Shown: positions 17,563-27,117, numbered from the stretch's first letter. The stretch is 64,000 nucleotides of DNA from Thermoanaerobaculia bacterium (GCA_041394745.1 JAWKHP010000003.1:29110-93109), one strand, 5' to 3'. Made by a program: numbers and translations. Notes: generated by a model from the letters alone, not told the origin.

Positions 17563-19680
17563 CTAGCCGCGGAGCAGCTCGACGAGCTGCGCTGCGGGTT
17601 GGGGTCGGGCGAGCAGGAAGCCCTGGCCCAGGGAGCAGCCCAGATTGCGCAGAAGATCGAGCTGGTCCTCGTGCTCGACCCCTTCGGCCACGACGTCGAG
17701 CGCCAGGCCCTGGCCGAAGCGCAGGATCGCTTCGATCAGGGGGGCCGCGGGGCCGGTCTCGGCCAGCCCCTGGATGAAGAGCCGGTCCATCTTCACCATG
17801 GTCACCGGCAGGTTGCGCAGATAGCTCAGCGAGGAGTATCCGCTCCCGAAGTCGTCGAGCGCGATCTGGACCCCGAGCTCCCGCAGGCGCTCCAGCCGGG
17901 TGCGGGCGGACTCCATGTCGAGCAGGAGGTGGTTCTCGGTGATCTCGAGGACCAGGCGCTCGGGGGGCAGACCGGCTTGCGCGAGCAAGGCGGTGATGAC
18001 CTCGACGGTCTCGGGGTAGTGCAGCCGGGTCGGCAGGAGGTTGACGTGGAGCCGGGCGGACGCCGCCGTCGCGCCGAGATCGGCCGTGAAGCGACAGGAC
18101 TGCTCGAGCGTCCACAGATCGATGCTCGCGAGGAGGCCGGAGCGTTCGGCCTCCTGGATGAAGGAGGCGGCCTCGAGCAGGCCGTGCTCGGGGTGCTGCC
18201 AGCGCAGCAGAGCCTCGAAGCCGATCACCTCACGGGAGTGGAGCCGCACGATCGGCTGGTAGTGCACCTCGAACTGCTTCTCCTCGAACGCCCGCTCGAT
18301 CTCGGATCCCAGGTCGCCGCCTCCGACGGTCGACGGTCGACCGACCGCGATCGGCTCACCCGTGTTGCGAGCGGCGCGCAGGGCCGAATCGGCGCCGGCC
18401 AGCAGCTCGTCCATCGTGGTCCAGCCGGGCGCCTCGAGCACGGCGCCGAGGCGAGCGTTGAGCTCGACGTCGATCTCGCCGAGCTGGAAGGGCTCGTCGA
18501 ACAGGTCCAGGAAGCGCTCGGCGATCGCCAGCACGCTCTCTTCGTCGCCGATGTTCTCGAGCAGGATGGCGAACTCGTCCCCACCGAGCCGGGAGAGCGT
18601 GTCGCCGCGACGGCACACCGAGCGCAGCCGGCCCGCGATGTCGATGAGCACGCGGTCTCCGACCGCGTGGCCGTAGCGGTCGTTGACCGACTTGAACTCC
18701 TGCAGGTCCATGAAGAGGACCGCCAAACGCTGCTCCGAACCGCGCCGGCGGGTCTGCGCGTGGCGCAGGCGCTCGAGGAAGAGGGCGCGATTGGGCAGGT
18801 TGGTCAGCGGATCGTGCAGGGCCCGGAAGACGCCTTGCGTCGCCGTCAGCCGCTCGTTCTCGAGCAGCTGCGCGTTGGCGATCGCCACGGCGGCCTGCTC
18901 GGCGAAGAAGGAGAGGGCGCGCAGGTCGTGCTCGGTGTAGCGCCGTCCCTGCGGAGCGTTGACGTTGAGCACGCCCAGCACCGCCCCGCGATGGATGAGC
19001 GGCGTGCACATCGCGCTCTCGGGCCACGGCAGGGCACTGTCGGAGTCGTGGCTCATCAGACCGTTGATCAAGAGCGGCTCGCGACTCTCGGCCACCCGTC
19101 CCGCGACCCCCTGGCCGAGCAGGGCCCGCGCCCCGCCGGCCAGGCTCGAGCCGGCGGTGGCCACGGTCTGCAGCTCGTTGCCGCTGCGCATCAACATCAC
19201 GGAGGCGTCCTTGGCCTCGAGCAGCTCGAGGGCGGAAGCCAGGATGCTGGAGAGCACCTGCCGCAGGTCGAGATCGAGGTTGAGCGCCCTCCCCGCCTCG
19301 AGCAGCGACGAGAGCTCGGAGACGCGGTTGGTGAGCGCCGTGGTCAGCACCCGCTCCTCGATGAGGAGCCGGGTGAGCTTGCGCAGGGTGAGCTCCTTCT
19401 CGATCGCGTAGGCGCAGAAGAGAGCCGTGAGCATCAGCAGCGCGACCTGCATCTCGCGCGGCGTGAGCCACCCCGGCGTCGTGACCGCTCCCGTGGCCAG
19501 CAACGCCAGCGCCGCGGCGAGCGCCAGCAGCAAGCCGACGGTCAGCATCCACAGCTGCATCCGCCGCTTGTCGACCGCCTCGAGCGACGGCGTGTCGAAC
19601 CCCTTCAGCCCGGCGATGCGGGCTGCCCGGGTGCTCGCTTCCGGGGCTCGACCCCCGGTACCGCGGGAGGCGTCGGTCAC
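17563..19680 (-). CDS. membrane-anchored GAF-GGDEF-EAL signalling protein (c-di-GMP turnover)
   Basis: The intact 705-aa ORF has TM helices, a GAF-like region, RLGGDEF and EAL (EITENHLL...QGF) motifs. Confidence 0.8.
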   Translation of the reverse strand: MTDASRGTGGRAPEASTRAARIAGLKGFDTPSLEAVDKRRMQLWMLTVGLLLALAAALALLATGAVTTPGWLTPREMQVALLMLTALFCAYAIEKELTLRKLTRLLIEERVLTTALTNRVSELSSLLEAGRALNLDLDLRQVLSSILASALELLEAKDASVMLMRSGNELQTVATAGSSLAGGARALLGQGVAGRVAESREPLLINGLMSHDSDSALPWPESAMCTPLIHRGAVLGVLNVNAPQGRRYTEHDLRALSFFAEQAAVAIANAQLLENERLTATQGVFRALHDPLTNLPNRALFLERLRHAQTRRRGSEQRLAVLFMDLQEFKSVNDRYGHAVGDRVLIDIAGRLRSVCRRGDTLSRLGGDEFAILLENIGDEESVLAIAERFLDLFDEPFQLGEIDVELNARLGAVLEAPGWTTMDELLAGADSALRAARNTGEPIAVGRPSTVGGGDLGSEIERAFEEKQFEVHYQPIVRLHSREVIGFEALLRWQHPEHGLLEAASFIQEAERSGLLASIDLWTLEQSCRFTADLGATAASARLHVNLLPTRLHYPETVEVITALLAQAGLPPERLVLEITENHLLLDMESARTRLERLRELGVQIALDDFGSGYSSLSYLRNLPVTMVKMDRLFIQGLAETGPAAPLIEAILRFGQGLALDVVAEGVEHEDQLDLLRNLGCSLGQGFLLARPQPAAQLVELLRG

Positions 19681-19745
19681 GTCCGGTGGCTCCGTCGCAA
19701 CGTCGGCACCTTAGCAGGGTTGAAGGTCGACGGCCCCACCGTCCG

Positions 19746-22700
19746 TCACTCCCAGAACAGCGGCCGGCGCTGGCGGGGGTGGTTGCCGATCTCGTTCATG
19801 GTGGCGGCGTCGTAGAGGCGGCCGCCGACCATGGTGAGGGCGACGGATTCGGTGTTGCGGATGTCGGTCAGCGGGTCGCGGTCGAGGAGGATGAGGTCGG
19901 CGAGCTTGCCGGGCTCGACGGAGCCGAGGTCGGCGTCCATTCCGAGGTAGTGGGCGCCGTTGGCGGTGGCGGCGTGGAGGGCGTCGAGCTCGCCCATCCC
20001 TCCCTGGACGAGCATCCAGATCTCCCAGTGCGCCCCCAGGCCCTCACGCTGGCCGTGGGCGCCGATGTGGACCTCGACGCCGCGGGCGGCCAGCGCCTCG
20101 ACGCCCTCGGCGATGCGGAAGTGGTTGTACTCCTCCTCCGGGGCCAGGACCGGGCGCCGGGCCACCGGGTCGATCTGGTCGGCGGGGACGAAGGAGCGCA
20201 GGCGCTCGTCCTTCCAGACGTCGGTGTGGGCGTACCAGTAGTTCTCGCCCCAGAGACCGCCGTAGGCGACGATCAGGGTCGGCGTGTAGGCGGTGCCGGT
20301 CTGCGGCCACAGCTGCAGCACGTCCTCGTAGAGGTGCTCAAGCGGGATGGCGTGCTCGATGCCGGTGTGGCCGTCGACCACCATGGTCATGTTGTGCTCG
20401 TAGAGCGAGCCGCCCTCGGGCACCACCAGCATGTCGAGCCGGCGCGCGGCCTCGAGGATCTGCTGACGCTGATCGCGCCGCGGCTGGTTGTAGCTCTTGA
20501 CGCTGAAGGCCCCGGCGGCCTTCATCCGCCCGAGGTGGAAGAGCGCATCGTCGAGGCTGTCGATCTCGGCCTTGTAGGCGGGACCCGCGGCGCCGTAGAG
20601 GATGGTGCCGGTGGAGAAGAGCCGGGGCGCGGTGATCAGGCCGGCGCGAGCCATCTCGGCGGCGGCGAAGAAGGTGCTGGTGTCCGTGGACGGATCGTGG
20701 ATGGTGGTGACGCCGAAGCCCAGCGCCGCCAGGTGGAACCAGTTCTGCTGCGGCACGATCTCCTCGAACCCCTGGGAGCCGTGCCAGTGGACGTCGACCA
20801 GCCCCGGCATCAGGGTGCGCCCGGCGGCGTCGACGACCGCGGCGTCGGCGGGCACGTCGACCTCGTCGCGGGGGCCGACGGCGACGATGCGGTCACCCTC
20901 GACGAGCACCGTCGCGTCGTCGAGGACGGTGTCCTCGGCGTCCATCGTCAGCACGCGGGCGCCGACGAAGGCGACGCTGCCGGAGGGCACGTCCTTCTCG
21001 ACCGTCATCCCCAGCCGGGTCTCGGCGATCTGCGGCTCGGCCTCCGCACCCTCCTCCGCGGCCGGAGCGTCGGAGAGGAAGGCGAAGGCGTCGTCGAGGG
21101 GCCGCGTGTAGAGGGTGTTGCCGAGCGCCCAGTGGAGCCGCGCCGAGTCGCCCGACCAGTGCAGGTACTCCCCGGCCTCCTCGGAGACCTGCTCGACCGG
21201 GAAGCTCTCCGTGCCCGGACCCACGGCGACCGGCTTGCCGGTCACCGCGAAGGGGGCGACGAAAGCCTTGAAGCGTTCCGTGAAGGCGACCCAGCGGCCG
21301 TCGGGCGACACGTTCCACTCGAGCGCCGCCTCGCTGGTGAAGTGCTCGCGCTCGGCGCGCTCCTCGCGCGATCCGGTGAGGCCGACGCTCTTGAGCGCCC
21401 GGCCGTCCTCCCCCTCGAAGGTCATGAAGAAGACGCGCGAAGAGTCGGCACCGAAGTGCGGGCGGACGCCGTCGGCGGAGATCAGCTCGCTCGCGCCCCC
21501 GGCGGCCGGCACGCGGTAGAGACCGGTGTCGCGGCCGTAGAGGTCCTTGGAGAGGAAGCCGCCGCTGGTCTTGCGGTAGACGACCGTGGAACCGTCGGGG
21601 GAGAGCGCCGGCTCGACGTAGTGGCCCGGCGTGCCGGTGACGACGCGGCCCTCGGCCGCGCCCGCCACCGGCGCGATGCGCACCGCGCCGAGCTCCTCGT
21701 CGTCCCAGGAGACGAAGACCACGGAGCGGCCGTCGCGCGAGAACGACGGGTAGAGCTCCCAGTGGTCCGTCTGCGTGGTGAGGCGGTGGGGCGCGCCGTC
21801 TGGCAGCTCCTGGATCCAGATCCTGCCGAGCGTCTGGTAGAGAGCGCGGTCGCCGTCCGGGGAGACCTCCACCCAGCGCAGCATCTTGGTCTCGAAGGTG
21901 TCGGGCGCCGCCTCGCGCGCCGACCAGACGGTGGGGGAGACCCGGTGCGTCTGGTGGACGTGGAACGGGATCTCGACCGGCTCGCCGCTCTCGACATCGA
22001 CGCGGCGGATCTTGCCGCCCGCCCAGTAGACGAGGGAGCGCGAGTCCGGCGTCCAGGCGAAGTTGGCGTACACGCCGTGGATGGCCCAGGTCTCCTGATG
22101 GTCGCGGTCGAGGCCGTCGGCCACCTGCCGGATGGCGCCGCTGGCGACGTCGGTCACGAAGAGGGCGGTACCGTAGCCGCCGTCCTGCCGCCGTCCGACG
22201 AAGGCCAGCCGGCTGCCGTCCGGCGAGGGCGTCGGTCGCACCGCGCCGCCGGCGCGAACGACGAAGGGCTCGACCTCGCCGGTCGTCCGGTCGAGGCGCG
22301 AGATGCGATAGATGCCGCCGTGCGGGTCCTTGTTGTACTCGAACACCGGGCCCGGCGTGGCGTCGTGGCTGTAGTAGACGTAGCGCCCGTCGGGGGAGAA
22401 GGCCGGCTCGCCGAGGTCCTTCTGGTCGTTCGGCTTCTCGGTCATCTGCAGGCCGCCGCCGCCCGAGCGGTGGTAGAGCCAGATCTCGCCGGCGCCGAGC
22501 GAGCGCGTCGAGGTGAAGTGCTTGCGCGCCGCCAGGTACTCGCCGTCCGGGCTCCAGACGGCGTTGTTGAGGAGGCGGAAGTCCTCGTCGGTCACCTGGG
22601 TCGTCTCGCCGCTGGCGCGGTCGAGGATCCAGATGTTGTCGCCGCCGCCGGCGTCGCTGGTGTAGGAGATGGAGCGTCCGTCCGGGGAGAAGCGCGGCTG

Positions 22701-23084
22701 CATGTCCCACTGCATGCCGCTGGTGAGCGCCGTCGCCTCGCCGCCCGCGATGGGCAGAAGGTAGAGGTCACCCAGGAGGTCGAAGACGATCTCGCTGCCG
22801 TCGGGGGAGACGTCGAGGTTCATCCAGCTGCCCTCGGTGACGTCGATCGTCACCTCGCGCTCCTCGCCCGGCGGGTCGGCGACGTCCCAGGCGTCCTTCT
22901 CCTCCTCGCCGCTCTCCCGAGCGGTCTCGGCAGCCGCCTCCATCGTGCCGGTGCCGTCCTCGTCGGGCAGGCGCGCCGCGGACTGCCCTTCGGCACGGCT
23001 CTGCATCCGCCACTCGGCCGCGCCCAGAGGAAGAGCCAGGTGGAGTACGACGGCGATCGCGAGGGTCCGGGACAGTGTGCGCAT
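19746..23084 (-). CDS. TolB-like beta-propeller (WD40/PD40 repeats) fused to a C-terminal amidohydrolase domain, secreted
   Basis: The Met gives MRTLSRTLAIAVVLHLALPLGA. Repeated SPDG...LYxxx propeller blades are followed by an amidohydrolase domain (DVHWHGSQG...HDPS...). It is intact over 3.3 kb. Confidence 0.8.
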   Translation of the reverse strand: MRTLSRTLAIAVVLHLALPLGAAEWRMQSRAEGQSAARLPDEDGTGTMEAAAETARESGEEEKDAWDVADPPGEEREVTIDVTEGSWMNLDVSPDGSEIVFDLLGDLYLLPIAGGEATALTSGMQWDMQPRFSPDGRSISYTSDAGGGDNIWILDRASGETTQVTDEDFRLLNNAVWSPDGEYLAARKHFTSTRSLGAGEIWLYHRSGGGGLQMTEKPNDQKDLGEPAFSPDGRYVYYSHDATPGPVFEYNKDPHGGIYRISRLDRTTGEVEPFVVRAGGAVRPTPSPDGSRLAFVGRRQDGGYGTALFVTDVASGAIRQVADGLDRDHQETWAIHGVYANFAWTPDSRSLVYWAGGKIRRVDVESGEPVEIPFHVHQTHRVSPTVWSAREAAPDTFETKMLRWVEVSPDGDRALYQTLGRIWIQELPDGAPHRLTTQTDHWELYPSFSRDGRSVVFVSWDDEELGAVRIAPVAGAAEGRVVTGTPGHYVEPALSPDGSTVVYRKTSGGFLSKDLYGRDTGLYRVPAAGGASELISADGVRPHFGADSSRVFFMTFEGEDGRALKSVGLTGSREERAEREHFTSEAALEWNVSPDGRWVAFTERFKAFVAPFAVTGKPVAVGPGTESFPVEQVSEEAGEYLHWSGDSARLHWALGNTLYTRPLDDAFAFLSDAPAAEEGAEAEPQIAETRLGMTVEKDVPSGSVAFVGARVLTMDAEDTVLDDATVLVEGDRIVAVGPRDEVDVPADAAVVDAAGRTLMPGLVDVHWHGSQGFEEIVPQQNWFHLAALGFGVTTIHDPSTDTSTFFAAAEMARAGLITAPRLFSTGTILYGAAGPAYKAEIDSLDDALFHLGRMKAAGAFSVKSYNQPRRDQRQQILEAARRLDMLVVPEGGSLYEHNMTMVVDGHTGIEHAIPLEHLYEDVLQLWPQTGTAYTPTLIVAYGGLWGENYWYAHTDVWKDERLRSFVPADQIDPVARRPVLAPEEEYNHFRIAEGVEALAARGVEVHIGAHGQREGLGAHWEIWMLVQGGMGELDALHAATANGAHYLGMDADLGSVEPGKLADLILLDRDPLTDIRNTESVALTMVGGRLYDAATMNEIGNHPRQRRPLFWE

Positions 23085-23248
23085 GCGCTCCTCCGGGAGA
23101 CTCAGATCCGGCCGTGACCGGAAACAGGAAAGTGAGGGATCGAGCGGGATTATCTCAGGCCCGAGGCGCGGGGGTGGCGACGGCCCTGGCGCCCGCCGGC
23201 GGATCGGTCCAGACTCTCGGAGCCGGGACGTCCTCCCGGTCCCACACC

Positions 23249-24316
23249 ATGGAGCCGTCTCCCTCCGGATCCGAAGACCGAGCCAGGGGTGCCGTGCGTC
23301 GGGTCCTCGGCCGCTTGGCGCTCGTCGTCGGCGTGACGCTGGCGCTCCTCCTCCTGCTCGAGGCGCTGATGGCCCTGACCGGCTCCTACGAGCCGAATCC
23401 ACCCCTCTATCCCGGGGACGTCGAGGCGGTGAGCGATGCGACGACGGATCCCGACGTCGGGTGGCACCTGCCGCCGGGGGTGGTCTCGCGCGAGGAGACG
23501 GTCGACTACCGGATGCGCTACCGGGCCAACCGCCAGGGCTTCCGCGACCGCGAGCCGGAGGCGCGGCCGGGCCGGTGGAGGATCGCCTTCCTCGGCGACT
23601 CCTACACCTTCGGCAGCGGGGTCGAGCTGAGGGAGACGTTCGTCCGGCTGATCGAAAAACGGCACCGCGGCGTGCGCACCGACAACTTCGGCATCGGGGG
23701 GTTCGGAGTCGACCAGATGTGGGCGACGCTGCGTCGCTACGCGCTGGGCGTCTCGCCGGACGTCGTCGTCCTCTGCTTCATCCACTACGACCTCGATCGC
23801 AGCTTGACGGCGTACCGCGAGGGGCACGCGTGGCTGGCCAAGCCGACCTTCAAGCTGGCGGACGGCTCCCTCCGGCCGCTGACTCGCGCCGACCGGCCCA
23901 CCGGCCTCGCCGGCTGGCTCGAGCGCCGCTCGCACCTCGTCGAGCTCTGGCGCCGCGCCACCTTCGGCCTCGAGCGCACCCTCCCGGTCGGCTACCGCTG
24001 GCGCCTCAACCGCGCCCTCTTCGCCGCCGTGCGCGACGACTGCCGCGCCGCCGGCATCCCCCTGGTCGTCGTCCACATCCCGGTCAACCGCGCCGCCCCG
24101 GCGCCCTCCTTCGCCCGCGAGATGAAGAGGCTGGGCATCGCCTACCTCGACCTCCAGCCCCTCCTCCCCGACGACTTCACCCCCCTCTACTTCCCCCACG
24201 ACCGCCACTTCACCCCGGCCGGCCACCGCTGGGCCGCCGACGCCATCGACGCCTTCCTCGAAGAGCGGGGCCTGCTCGGTCCACCGGCCCCAGTGTCGCC
24301 CGGACCGGAGCGGTAG
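23249..24316 (+). CDS. SGNH/GDSL-family hydrolase with an N-terminal TM anchor
   Basis: MEPSPSG... with the TM segment LALVVGVTLALLLLLEALMAL, the GDSL block FLGDSYTFGSGV, and a C-terminal DRHFTPAGHRW (DxxH). Confidence 0.6.
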   Translation: MEPSPSGSEDRARGAVRRVLGRLALVVGVTLALLLLLEALMALTGSYEPNPPLYPGDVEAVSDATTDPDVGWHLPPGVVSREETVDYRMRYRANRQGFRDREPEARPGRWRIAFLGDSYTFGSGVELRETFVRLIEKRHRGVRTDNFGIGGFGVDQMWATLRRYALGVSPDVVVLCFIHYDLDRSLTAYREGHAWLAKPTFKLADGSLRPLTRADRPTGLAGWLERRSHLVELWRRATFGLERTLPVGYRWRLNRALFAAVRDDCRAAGIPLVVVHIPVNRAAPAPSFAREMKRLGIAYLDLQPLLPDDFTPLYFPHDRHFTPAGHRWAADAIDAFLEERGLLGPPAPVSPGPER

Positions 24317-24321
24317 GTCGG

Positions 24322-24612
24322 CGGCTCCGGGTGCAGCGCCAGCCGTCTCAGGGGCCCCCAGTCGAGACCGCTCCTCCTCAGACCTGCAAAGTCTTGCGTC
24401 GGAGGTCTCTCCCTGCAGTCGAGACGACATCGAAGGGTCCCTGATGTCGCCCCGACCGGAGGGAGGGGCCTCAGCTCAGGGAGTCGGAGGGCGCAGTGGG
24501 TCCGGGTGCAGCGGTAGGGGCCTCAGCGGTCCCTGGCCGAGACCGTTCCCCTCAGGCTTGCCGGGTCCTGCGTCGAGGTCTCTCCCTGGGGTCGAGACGA
24601 CGGTGGGGGCCG
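24322..24612. repeat. intergenic tandem repeat, 2 copies of a unit of about 170 bp (core GAGGTCTCTCCCTGnnnTCGAGACGAC with an internal GTCTC/GAGAC hairpin)
   Basis: Copy A (about 24322-24445) and copy B (about 24492-24612) align at roughly 75-80%: ccgggtgcagcg..gagaccg.tcc..tcag...gcgtcg(g)aggtctctccctg...tcgagacgac. Confidence 0.5.
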
Positions 24613-25110
24613 TCAGTGGCTCTCCCGGCGACGTTCTTCGGCCAGGGCCAGGAGGAGGGGGACCAGGAGGCGGTCGCGGGCTCGGCCGGTGTGGGACTTG
24701 ACGTCGATCAGCGTTGGGAGGTCGAGGACGCGGACCGCAAGGTCCCCATCGCGGAGGACCGCGGTGTGGGGAAGGAGTTCCGGGAAGCCTCGGCCGTCGT
24801 GGAGGGTGCCGAGGAGATCGAGCGGACCGAGGCGGGTCGTCAGTTGCAGCTGGCCGTCGGAAGCGAGGGCGGCCCGCTCCGGGAGGAGATCACGCCCGGC
24901 GGGATCGCGCACGCGGGCCTCGAGAGCGTCCAGCAGCGATTCCAGCCGCTCGAGGTTGGCGCCCGACCGGTCGTGGACCAGGTCCAGATCGAAGGTCGTC
25001 GTCGGGGCCCCGTGGAGCACCGCCGCGACACCGCCGACGACGATGCACTCGACGCCCGAGGCGCACACGGCCTCGAGCAGCGCCTCCAGCTCCGCCGGCG
25101 GCTCAGTCAC
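24613..25110 (-). CDS. minimal nucleotidyltransferase (MNT-fold) protein
   Basis: The 165-aa ORF has IVVGGVAAVLHGAPTTTFDLDLV, i.e. a GG...[DE]h[DE]h nucleotidyltransferase signature. Confidence 0.5.
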   Translation of the reverse strand: MTEPPAELEALLEAVCASGVECIVVGGVAAVLHGAPTTTFDLDLVHDRSGANLERLESLLDALEARVRDPAGRDLLPERAALASDGQLQLTTRLGPLDLLGTLHDGRGFPELLPHTAVLRDGDLAVRVLDLPTLIDVKSHTGRARDRLLVPLLLALAEERRRESH

Positions 25111-25303
25111 GGCGCAGCCGCGCCACGGCCCGCGCGGCGGCCGTGCAGGAGCGCAGGCGCTCTCGCGGTGACAAGGCGAGCGACCACGCGAGCAGGGTCC
25201 GGTCGACCTCGCGAGCGGCCGCGAGGAGGATCGGGTCGATCGCGCGGTCCGGACGCGCCGTACCGGTCGGCTGATCGGGAAGGCTCCGCTCCCTTGGGGG
25301 CAC
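25103..25303 (-). CDS. small hypothetical protein overlapping the start of the nucleotidyltransferase gene (possible partner)
   Basis: A 66-aa ORF whose stop overlaps the downstream start by 8 nt. Coding status is uncertain. Confidence 0.25.
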   Translation of the reverse strand: MPPRERSLPDQPTGTARPDRAIDPILLAAAREVDRTLLAWSLALSPRERLRSCTAAARAVARLRRD

Positions 25304-25368
25304 GGAGGGATCGTAGCACCGGGAGCACGACTTCCCGGCTCTACTCCCTCAGCGCTACTCCCTCAGCT

Positions 25369-26976
25369 CTACTGCAGGATCCGGTCCCTGTTCCCCGTCA
25401 TCTCCCAGCGGATGAGCGAGACCGGGATGACGCCGGAGGCGTAGAGCTCGTCCATGAAGCGGTGGAGGGTGAAGTCGTCGCCGAGCTGGTGGGCGCGCTC
25501 GGAGAGGAGGTCCTCGATCAGGGCCTTGCCGGTGATGTAGCTCGTGCCGTAGCCCGGCTGCTCGAGGTAGAGCGACTGCTCGAACCAGACGAGGTCGCCG
25601 CCGCGGCGCAGCCAGCCCCGCGGTACTTCGGCGGCGGCGTGCTCCATGGCCTCATCGAGGGTCCACTCGTTCGAGTGCATGCGCAGGCCCGAGATGGCGC
25701 GGGCGGCGCGCATGGCGACCATCATGTCGGTCATCTCGCGGCCGCGCGGGCGGTCGTCGAGCAGGCCGGCGCCGGTCATCATCTCCTCCATCGCCGTGGC
25801 GAAGCCCTCCGAGCGGTTGTCCCAGATGTTGTAGAGGAGCGGCTCGCGCCGGATCGGGCTCGGGTGGGGCTGCTCGCGGAAGCGGGCCGTGTCGATCCAG
25901 TGGACCTGGTGGCAGCGCATCAGGAGCGGCTCGCGCATCTCGACCTGGGCGAAGAAGTGACGGTCGTCCGGCGCGAGGTAACCGGCGATGCGCTCGCGCA
26001 GGGCCGGCTCCATCCACTCTTCGACCGTCATCACGTCCTCGCCGTCGAGGAAGGCGACGAAGCGGGTGACCGCTTCGTTGGCGCGGCGGTCCCACTCTTC
26101 GGGGGTCGCGGCGGGCTCGAGCGGCGGCAGGTCGCGGTCGTCGTGCTCGTGGAGGGCCAGATAAGCGCGCGACCGGGCGAGCTCGCGCTGCATCAGGCGC
26201 ATCTCGTCCTGCCAGGTCATCGGCACCAGGTGGACGTTGGCCAGGTACCAGTCGTAGGCCAGCACGCCGACGCCGGAGGTGCCGTGCTTCTCGGGGAGCT
26301 TCTCCTCGAGCCAGGAGGCGAAGGACGCCATCGCGTCGCGCGCCGCCTCGGCGTCGGGGACGAGCTCGGGGTGATGCTCCGCCAGGCGGTCGCGGAGGCG
26401 CTCGAGCGACGTCACCTGCTCGTGGGCGCCGCGGATGCCGATGCGCCAGAGGTCGCGCGCGTCGCCGGTCAGGTTCTCGCGCGCCGCCGCCAGCAGGGCG
26501 GGTGCGGCCCGCAGGCTCGCTCCCACCGCGGCGAGGCCCTCGGCGTCGAGCGGGAAGTCGTAGCGCCAGAGCTCGAGTGCACCGGCCATGATCGGCCCTT
26601 CCCGCAGCGGCGTGTCGCTCTGCTCGTCGACGACGACGGTGTAGAAGTCGGGCATGCGCTCCCAGGGCCGCAGCACCTTGTGGTCGAAGTCCAGCCCGTT
26701 CATCTCGGCGCGCACGAGGTGCCAGTCGATCTGCTGGGCCACCGGCCACGAGGAGCGGTCGATGGCGTAGAGCCGCGCCTGCCAGCGCGGCAGCTCGGCC
26801 GCCTGCGCCGCCATCGCGCCGGCGGAGTAGTCGGGCACGCCGTCGCGCACGAAGGGACGCTGGAACTCGCGCCAGTCCTGGAAGAGGGCGACGAGGTCGT
26901 CGTAGCCCGTCGGTGTCTGCGCGACGGCGGGGACGGCGGCGAGGACGGCGAGGACGGAAACGAGTCGGCGGAACAT
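25369..26976 (-). CDS. DUF885-family secreted protein
   Basis: The Met gives MFRRLVSVLAVLAAVPAVAQ. The DUF885 hallmark EQPGYGTSYITGK lies near the C-terminus. Confidence 0.7.
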   Translation of the reverse strand: MFRRLVSVLAVLAAVPAVAQTPTGYDDLVALFQDWREFQRPFVRDGVPDYSAGAMAAQAAELPRWQARLYAIDRSSWPVAQQIDWHLVRAEMNGLDFDHKVLRPWERMPDFYTVVVDEQSDTPLREGPIMAGALELWRYDFPLDAEGLAAVGASLRAAPALLAAARENLTGDARDLWRIGIRGAHEQVTSLERLRDRLAEHHPELVPDAEAARDAMASFASWLEEKLPEKHGTSGVGVLAYDWYLANVHLVPMTWQDEMRLMQRELARSRAYLALHEHDDRDLPPLEPAATPEEWDRRANEAVTRFVAFLDGEDVMTVEEWMEPALRERIAGYLAPDDRHFFAQVEMREPLLMRCHQVHWIDTARFREQPHPSPIRREPLLYNIWDNRSEGFATAMEEMMTGAGLLDDRPRGREMTDMMVAMRAARAISGLRMHSNEWTLDEAMEHAAAEVPRGWLRRGGDLVWFEQSLYLEQPGYGTSYITGKALIEDLLSERAHQLGDDFTLHRFMDELYASGVIPVSLIRWEMTGNRDRILQ

Positions 26977-26989
26977 GAACGGGAGTCTA

Positions 26990-27117
26990 GCCGCACCCAC
27001 GTCCAGCCACCCCCGTGTCGGCCGGACGCGGGTGCCGCTGCCACCGGACGGCCGGCAGGGGCGCCGGCCGCTTCAGTCGCTGGATTGAAGCGGCCCACCC
27101 CCGTGTCGGCCGACGGC
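26990..27117. repeat. REP-like intergenic hairpin repeats (CCCCCGTGTCGGCCGGACGCGGGT motif plus a GCCGCTTCA...TGAAGCGGC stem-loop)
   Basis: CACCCCCGTGTCGGCCGGACGCGGGTGCCGC at about 27013-27045 and CCACCCCCGTGTCGGCCGACGGC at about 27094 flank a perfect 9-bp stem gccgcttca(gtcgctggat)tgaagcggc. The same family occurs at 44300-44400. Confidence 0.45.

Noticed and set aside
19686-23117. A 1143-aa plus-strand ORF
   Set aside because: It is the antisense frame of the intact TolB-amidohydrolase gene, with GC-bias low-complexity translation (runs of G, A, V, R and D) and no domain signatures.
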